Shown: positions 58,501-64,000 of the stretch, one piece after another
How the letters are laid out: each line of letters begins with the position of its first letter
Numbering within the stretch: the first letter of the stretch is position 1
Source of the DNA: Candidatus Omnitrophota bacterium
GTDB taxonomy: Bacteria > Omnitrophota > Gorgyraeia > Zapsychrales > Fredricksoniimonadaceae
Direction of reading: 5' to 3'
DNA length: 64,000 bases
NCBI GenBank assembly: GCA_044225175.1
Contig: JBGAJA010000002.1
Span: 280,991-344,990 of the forward strand
Translations under genes and position numbers: made by a program
Notes under the pieces: model-generated
The model's input: the letters and a program-made list of their open reading frames with translations, nothing else
What the model was told of the DNA's origin: nothing
Database searches by the model: none

Positions 58501-60237
58501 ACAGATGATGGACACAGTTCAGAAAAAATAAGAACTGCGCAAAGACCTATCGAAGAAAAAATATCTGACAAAGCGCAAATACCACCAGACTACGCCGCCC
58601 AAGGTATAAATAACCGAAGAATTTTAACAAATTTCTTTAGACAATTTCCCCAAGGAGCAAAGGGTTTGGATGAGGAAGTGGCATCCAGATTTGATCACCT
58701 TCCTCCAGAAGCCCTCCAGGCAGGATTGGAAGTACTAAAAGAACTTCTGGGAGAGGAAGGGCTTAGCGAACTTTTCTCAACAAAACAAGGTTTTTATACT
58801 GGCGGAATTTCGTTTATGTATCTATTTATAAAAGAACCGACAGAACTTAAAGAGTCATTGCTCACGGTGAAAGCAGGATTGAAACAATATAGATACAAAG
58901 GAATAAATCTAGTCAGTGAGCTTATCAACATCTTGAACCTATCTAGTAAATCGAGACTAAACGAAAAGATTCAGAAGCTCGAGATGATCTGGCCTGGCGT
59001 TGCTAACGAAAGTGTGGTTAAAGATCCATTAATATTTTTTAATGAATTAAAAGATATAAACTTGGATGATTTAGATAAGGTTGAAGCGCTCGAATTGAAG
59101 TATCCAGGAATCAAAGCAATTATGAGAAAGTTTATAAAGGACCATACAGATTTCTTTCCTGAAGCTCTCAATAGATTGGTTAATGATGTTTTAAAAGACC
59201 ATGATTCGCAGTTGACAGAAGCGTTCTTAAGCCTGGACGTTGATAAAATCAAAATGATTGTAAAGGCCAAGATGCCTGAAGCCCATCAGAGAGTCATGGA
59301 TTTTGAAAGAAAATATTCCAAATGGAAAGATATGGAAGATTCAAGCCTCAAACATTCTTTGATGGTACAAGCCATTATGGATGCATTTGTCGTCACGCTG
59401 CATAATTTCTTTGAAGCAGATATTCCAGCCATGCCTGCTGAGATCATGGCAGAGACATATCTCTTAATTTTGGGATATTCAAAATTGGGAAATTTGACTA
59501 CTTCAAAGTTTGAAATTAATCCGAATGACTTGGGCGGAGGTTTCCAATGGAAAAGTACCATGACACATGAGATATGGCACCATTTCATTAGTCCTTATTT
59601 AAAGGCAGGAGGTAGAGCTTCCTTTAAAGAAGCAGCCATGAGTGAATTAGGTGCAGATTTAAGCTGGTTGGCTTTATACCAAATCATGAATGAGCAGGCG
59701 CCAATTGTGGAAGCAATCAAGTCTTTCTTGAAATATGACGAGTCATTGAAGTTCATTGAAGAACGTTGGCCATTTTTGAATTATCATGGCGTAGGACGGG
59801 GAGCTCTGACTGCGCTTATCAAAGCCATTGAGAAACAAAAAGGTAAAGTTGATTATGTGGCATTATTGAAATCATACATGAATTACATTCAAGCCAATGG
59901 TCACAATTCCCGCGTAGGAGTGTTCATTCAACATGCATCAATACAATTAGGTCTTCACGAAGACCCCTATTTAAGAAGAATTGCTAAGCAAGCCGATCAG
60001 ATGGACCGTGCTATGAAGGCTGAAACTGTGGGTGGTATTGATTTGACCGTGGGCAATTTGAACTTGCAAACACAAAGCTCTAATGGTGAAATATCATTCA
60101 AAATTGATCCAGCTATGTTAGAACAATTGCAAAATGCTTCTGGTTTTTCACCTGTGATCATTCAAATGCAGCCGCTGACTGATGTAAAGGGATTTTTAGG
60201 AATGAAAGACAGAGAAAAGGAAACGATCAGCGTATGA
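55564..60237 (+). CDS. Secreted modular protein, paralog 1: conserved N-domain, DxAM-delimited cargo (including an HExxH peptidase-like module), C-terminal GGIDL domain
   Basis: Signal peptide ..GPMPVNA-Q; LWVNLSPYE, GRDLLAQDY.LKQITAS and PRKYFSGG shared with the next gene; HEIWH..SELGAD; terminal GGIDL..IDPAML..GFSPVII. Confidence 0.9.
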   Translation: MRTPISILTLMCFFFTSICGPMPVNAQEIHLTKPGVMVHLSTPVTPPLLKGIKVHPDNPFRFDFILDTGSRSVDDAHKLKEESNRLIKYFLASLTIPEADLWVNLSPYEKNRIVPESFGQTEMGRDLLAQDYMLKQITASLMYPEDEIGKRFWRRIYEESAKRYGTTNIPVNTFNKVWIVPEKAVVYENAKAGTAYVVESRLKVMLEEDYVASKKVSDTFLKGQSDKKVSDTILHSQIIREVVIPELTKEINEGSNFVQLRQVYSSLILATWYKKKIKDSLLAQVYADKNKVMGLGYMGGGSEQIYQRYLQAFKKGVYNYIKEEPDPITQQSVPRKYFSGGMAFDHAMNVTIKYTGEIAGPINSAMQVTVDMSIANHVELEHSTDQAMSAVLHQSDLPRLYWGNIVQRLIFSLVDRFRTGENIQREDLVTSAQALTQQFTPEATASEKQLFEDVMKGADLKGLGKTRLNVATIMAAFIAQQAIGADTDSQEFTNVYLPRDMGLGYTIEKTLASLKDETREPGIYYLSRDSLEEGVYSRVSNIIENVKAKQKLINALAETPKERRRIFIQYVGREIMEDDLCRPAAKRILKELKELGIIKNNAKLRFVDTGYKTFPIMLQAIIAAASELDAFHIQTEGLVINSSIEAYLDQIDPKKWDAPSQRLASFNPFSKLARPGILGFMEDDNALPHPFRFSKTHKGMVATDAKTQREAYATQIMFGFGAIEYQRLIDELAKNLLAQGVSKLDSKEISQELIAQLVGLTKADQSDDYVRELDIKTDLYFTEFKTVFAGRMNSMQNNIHDVYGYKDFKIKEMNPDILSTILKISEEKYKIDVSFHRSIKEFYPRKEHMNFLSANFKIKNELIFDTISQFKKAPHESKLKSLLFYFKKFGKLINTPRNLFKDSQEKEDTDPAMKSSKTIKNGIIGAIAAAITSSLSGCYTSEAGKNYQNTLERRKEVIPAKEGDHTPLSSAIWDSSIERTDDGHSSEKIRTAQRPIEEKISDKAQIPPDYAAQGINNRRILTNFFRQFPQGAKGLDEEVASRFDHLPPEALQAGLEVLKELLGEEGLSELFSTKQGFYTGGISFMYLFIKEPTELKESLLTVKAGLKQYRYKGINLVSELINILNLSSKSRLNEKIQKLEMIWPGVANESVVKDPLIFFNELKDINLDDLDKVEALELKYPGIKAIMRKFIKDHTDFFPEALNRLVNDVLKDHDSQLTEAFLSLDVDKIKMIVKAKMPEAHQRVMDFERKYSKWKDMEDSSLKHSLMVQAIMDAFVVTLHNFFEADIPAMPAEIMAETYLLILGYSKLGNLTTSKFEINPNDLGGGFQWKSTMTHEIWHHFISPYLKAGGRASFKEAAMSELGADLSWLALYQIMNEQAPIVEAIKSFLKYDESLKFIEERWPFLNYHGVGRGALTALIKAIEKQKGKVDYVALLKSYMNYIQANGHNSRVGVFIQHASIQLGLHEDPYLRRIAKQADQMDRAMKAETVGGIDLTVGNLNLQTQSSNGEISFKIDPAMLEQLQNASGFSPVIIQMQPLTDVKGFLGMKDREKETISV

Positions 60238-63200
60238 GGATTTTAAGAATACTGATCCTTATAGCATTCTTTGTTAATTGCCTGGGGCCTATGCCTGTGT
60301 CTGCCGACGTAGGGGCAGGGCTTGCCCCTGCCCAAAAAGGGCAATCGCAAGGATTGCCCCTACAGTTGCCTAAACCTGGTGTGATGGTCCATCTCAGCTC
60401 AGAATTTACCCCAGCGCATTTGAGCGGCCTTGTGATCCACCCAGAAGATCCCTTAAAGTTCGACTTTTTGATTCATCGTGGCGATGGTTCTGTGGATAAA
60501 AATGCAGAATACACCAAATTAATCAAATACTTCCTAGCTTCACTAACCGTCCCCGATGAAGACCAATGGGTAAATTTATCTCCCTATGAGAAGGATCGTA
60601 TCATTAATGAGAACTTTGGTAAAACAGAGATGGGCCGAGATCTGTTGGCCCAGGACTATCTATTAAAACAGATCACCGCTTCCATGATTTATCCGCAGGA
60701 TAAGCTAGGTGAGAAGTTCTGGAATAAGATATATCAAAGAGCCTGGGAAGAATACCACACTACAAATATTCCAGTGAATACGTTTAACAAAGTCTGGATT
60801 ATCCCCGATGAAGCAGCTGTGTATGAGTCAGGAAATACAGTCTATGTGTTAAAGAACCATTTGAAGGTGATGTTGGAAGAAGATTATTTATCGTTAAATA
60901 AACACAAAAAGGTGTCTGACACCTTTTTGACAAGCCAGATCATCCGAGAAATTATCCTGCCGGAACTAGAACGTGAAGTCAATGGGGGAGAGAATTTTGC
61001 TCCTTTACGTCAAATTTACAGCGCTATGATCTTGGCCACATGGTACAAGCGAAGCCTCAAAGAATCTTTATTAACTAAAGCCTATGCCGATAAATCCAAG
61101 ATCCAAGGCGTCAATCTGGAAGACCCAAAAGCCAATCAAGAAATCTATCAGCAGTACTTGAAGGCCTTCAAGAAAGGTGTGTTTAATTACATTAAAGAAG
61201 ATATAGACAAGTACTCCAAACAAGTGATTCCAAGGAAATACTTCTCAGGGGGTATGACTAAGGGTTATGCAGATGGAAGTATGATCAAAAGATATGATTC
61301 ACACCATGCCATGCCTGCTACATATTATCAAGATGCGGCACTATTATCTCGGCTTGATTTGGCCCAAGTGGCTTTGAATACCTCTTCTCCTGTGGGTCTC
61401 AAAAAAGACCAAGCTATGAAAGCAGCAAAAGAAGAAGAGAATTTTCTGGATAAAACAGAGGCTTTTTCGTGGGTCATTTTTAATCGCTTCACAACGGCTG
61501 GTTTCTTATTGATAGCCATGAGCCTTGGTGGATTTTTCGGCTCGCCAGCCCTCGTTTTATCTGCTGCCGGCCCTTTTTTGGGTTTAGGTATAAGTAGCGT
61601 GGTATTGATCTATAAAAAGGACTCTCAAGGTAAAAAAGACCCTTGGGGGGTTTATAAAAAAGGCAAACGTCTAAGACGTTTAAGTGTTTTTACAGGGATG
61701 GTCGGTTTATCTATCGGAGGATATTTAGCTTATAAGCCGGTCTTAGACCATGGCCAACAGTTCAATCAATTCATCAAAGTTTACAATGACCTTGCAACAG
61801 ATGAAAGAAATGGCCAGCCACATACAGGCGTTGCCCTAGATCAATTTAAAGTTTTGATCAAAAATGCCTATCAGGTCAAGATGGAACATTTTTATGACAA
61901 TTGGTGGGCAGAGACTATTCTTCGTATGGCTAGCGAGCATCCTTCCAAAAAAGTCCGTGATATTTTTGTCGAGCATATGGCCCAAACCAATTTGACGCTT
62001 TCGGGCAGACATGACCTTCAAAAAGCTTTCAGAGAAAATGTTGGTGTTAAAGAAGTCGAACGCTGGTTGATAGACCATAAAGACTATCCTATAGAGCGAT
62101 GGGAAATTTTTTCAGCTGTAGCCTATCTTTATACCGACATGATGGAAGAGCATCCTAAGCAAGCAGCTACTTTTCTTTGGGAGCTGGCTAAATACAGGGG
62201 AGACCCATTTACTCTTAAAACACTGATGAAACTTTTTCCCATCAATTATTTTGATGTCCTTCAAGAATGGTTAAATACTTTCAATGAAGAAGAGCGCTGG
62301 GACATCATATCTCTCATCATGCGTGAAGAAATGGAAAATGAAGAATTCATTGTCAAAGACACAGTATGGTCAACTCACGTGGGCAATTGGACATTTTATG
62401 AATTATTTGATGCTCTTTCACCACAAGAGAGACATCAACAATTAGACAGGCTACTGAGAGAAGGGGTTTATTTCACCCGGGACGATTTTAAACAAGGAAA
62501 CATCGACAGTTGGCAAGAGGTGACCCAAAGCTTGATTGACCATCAGTGGGCTAAAGCAGTGAATGCCGATGAGATCATAGTGACAGGCACAATGGGTCAT
62601 GAGCGAAAAGAAATGGCCGAAACTTTAGGAGAAAAGACCTATCGGAAATTGCAGAAGATTTGGAGAAAAGGATTTGGTCATTTTGGAGATGACAACTTTT
62701 ATGCCATGGTCCATAAACTAGCGATTTTTGTCTATCTTAAAGAAAAGCTTCCCCATTTGTGGGACCCGCGTGATCCCGAGGTTCTGGATTTCTGGCAAAA
62801 AGTCATGACCAATATTTCCTATGAATCGCCGCAACCGCAAGGGTCCCAAGTGCAAGATCCTCACAAGGTTGTCATCTATTTTGGCCAAGACATTCACCAA
62901 GCAATCGATGAGATAGCCACACGAATTCAGGCCAGGTACCCCGACATTACAAGCGCTAAACACGCAGCTACTGAAGGAGATGTAGATTTGGGACCTATTT
63001 CTAAGAATGATAATGCCATGTCAACGCAAGGTACAACCCAATCTCTTAGCTCCTTGAGAAGCTTAGAGGATTATTTAAAGTCCCAAGAATTTCAAGACCA
63101 CAAAGAGGTTACGAAAGCCATGGTAATTTTAAAGACATATCCCCAGACTCTCCTAGAGATTGGCGGGGGAAGCTTTGAGCGGGCAGACCAAATTGCACGG

Positions 63201-64000
63201 CATGACAGAAGAATGGGAGTGGTTTCTACAGATCAGTTTGAAGAAGATGGATACTATAGTTTTAATGAGCAGCGATGGAAAAATAGATTATTAAGGACCC
63301 AAAAAAATCCACCAGAAAATTTGGCCCTTTTAAAGGCAGATGTGAGAATGATTACAGGAAAACTGCCAAATCATTCCCTAGACTATATCCTCGTCGAAAA
63401 CCCAGATGATCCCGCATGGGTTTATATCAGAGAAAACGTTGAGATTGTTAAAAGGAAGTTGAAACCGGGCGGTGTATTAATTATGAAACCTCACTATGGT
63501 GATCACATCAAAGATTTGACTAGACTTGGATTTACACCCTGGAGAGAAGATTTAACTCCTGGAATCGATATGAACTATCGTGTTCCTGAATACGACAATA
63601 ATTTCCCCCCTATGATTTTAACAACTTCAATGACTAATAACGATAAGGCAATGGCAGTACAGAAGACAAGCCAAGCCCTTAGCACATGGAAAGGCTTAGA
63701 AGAGTATTTGGAAAGAGGCAATGTTCAAAAGGAAAACGAAGTAAGAAAAGCAATTGATCTTCTTAGTACAGGACGAAAGACCATATGGAAAATTGGTATC
63801 AAAGAACCTAGGTGGACCCAAGACATTGTGGCGAAAAGAAATCAAAATTTTAGAATGGTGGTGAGTGATGATTTCAGTCCTGAAAGAACATATAGCCAAG
63901 GAGAGTCCTATGAAAAGTGGCAGAAGGGCACTCTTACTATTCAGCAAGCTCAACCCAATGAATTAGCCATTGTTAACGCGAAAGTCCAAGAGATGCTCCC
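60234..64000 (+). CDS. Secreted modular protein, paralog 2 (3'-truncated, >1,255 aa): conserved N-domain, TM/helical cargo, two TrmB-like methyltransferase modules
   Basis: Translated by hand. ATGA overlap with the upstream stop; MRILRILILIAFFVNCLGPMPVSA..., QWVNLSPYEKDR, PRKYFSGG; no stop before 64000. Absent from the ORF track. Confidence 0.9.
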   Translation, partial: MRILRILILIAFFVNCLGPMPVSADVGAGLAPAQKGQSQGLPLQLPKPGVMVHLSSEFTPAHLSGLVIHPEDPLKFDFLIHRGDGSVDKNAEYTKLIKYFLASLTVPDEDQWVNLSPYEKDRIINENFGKTEMGRDLLAQDYLLKQITASMIYPQDKLGEKFWNKIYQRAWEEYHTTNIPVNTFNKVWIIPDEAAVYESGNTVYVLKNHLKVMLEEDYLSLNKHKKVSDTFLTSQIIREIILPELEREVNGGENFAPLRQIYSAMILATWYKRSLKESLLTKAYADKSKIQGVNLEDPKANQEIYQQYLKAFKKGVFNYIKEDIDKYSKQVIPRKYFSGGMTKGYADGSMIKRYDSHHAMPATYYQDAALLSRLDLAQVALNTSSPVGLKKDQAMKAAKEEENFLDKTEAFSWVIFNRFTTAGFLLIAMSLGGFFGSPALVLSAAGPFLGLGISSVVLIYKKDSQGKKDPWGVYKKGKRLRRLSVFTGMVGLSIGGYLAYKPVLDHGQQFNQFIKVYNDLATDERNGQPHTGVALDQFKVLIKNAYQVKMEHFYDNWWAETILRMASEHPSKKVRDIFVEHMAQTNLTLSGRHDLQKAFRENVGVKEVERWLIDHKDYPIERWEIFSAVAYLYTDMMEEHPKQAATFLWELAKYRGDPFTLKTLMKLFPINYFDVLQEWLNTFNEEERWDIISLIMREEMENEEFIVKDTVWSTHVGNWTFYELFDALSPQERHQQLDRLLREGVYFTRDDFKQGNIDSWQEVTQSLIDHQWAKAVNADEIIVTGTMGHERKEMAETLGEKTYRKLQKIWRKGFGHFGDDNFYAMVHKLAIFVYLKEKLPHLWDPRDPEVLDFWQKVMTNISYESPQPQGSQVQDPHKVVIYFGQDIHQAIDEIATRIQARYPDITSAKHAATEGDVDLGPISKNDNAMSTQGTTQSLSSLRSLEDYLKSQEFQDHKEVTKAMVILKTYPQTLLEIGGGSFERADQIARHDRRMGVVSTDQFEEDGYYSFNEQRWKNRLLRTQKNPPENLALLKADVRMITGKLPNHSLDYILVENPDDPAWVYIRENVEIVKRKLKPGGVLIMKPHYGDHIKDLTRLGFTPWREDLTPGIDMNYRVPEYDNNFPPMILTTSMTNNDKAMAVQKTSQALSTWKGLEEYLERGNVQKENEVRKAIDLLSTGRKTIWKIGIKEPRWTQDIVAKRNQNFRMVVSDDFSPERTYSQGESYEKWQKGTLTIQQAQPNELAIVNAKVQEML
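60309..60363. repeat. GTAG REP doublet (REPIN-like) in frame within paralog 2
   Basis: GTAGGGGCAGGGCTTGCCCCTGCCC-AAAAA-GGGCAATCGCAAGGATTGCCCCTAC. Both units read GTAG-GGGCAnnn-CTTGC-nnnTGCCC. Confidence 0.85.

Larger units (their letters stand above)
50353..60928. repeat. Dispersed 23-bp palindrome AAAAAGGTGTC(A/T)GACACCTTTTT, six copies, all inside CDSs
   Basis: Copies at 50353-50375, 54560-54582, 54600-54622, 56203-56225, 56242-56264 (one mismatch) and 60906-60928. Confidence 0.92.

Overview
AT-rich bacterial chromosome segment. Gene content (a giant multi-domain ORF and the LWVNLSPYE...PRKYFSGG/GGIDL protein family) suggests a Candidatus Omnitrophota-like organism; this is an inference. 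(1) 1-28430: the 3' part of a giant ORF (>9,475 aa, open from the window edge). It is a chain of enzyme-like modules separated by membrane hairpins and a recurring (I/M/A)RAG(P/A) linker, and is followed by a PilZ gene. (2) 29-55 kb: housekeeping genes mutL, mutS, comM/yifB, an L,D-transpeptidase, accA, rlmN, tRNA-Leu and tRNA-Ala, an iscS-birA-bioF-bioH-bioC-bioD-bioA-mnmA cluster with a BirA-like operator and no bioB, pgi, and a fused ABC transporter. A GIY-YIG pseudogene flanked by inverted repeats sits inside the bio cluster. (3) 55.5-64 kb: two tandem paralogous secreted proteins with a shared ~345-aa N-terminal domain and unrelated cargo modules delimited by D-x-A-M motifs. The second paralog is missing from the ORF track because it runs off the window. 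Several families of small palindromes lie in frame inside coding sequences (mutL, comM, bioA, the ABC fusion, both paralogs). The best candidates for an undescribed system are the two modular polyprotein/cassette architectures (RAGP-linked and DxAM-linked). All domain calls come from motif reading by eye; no database searches were run.
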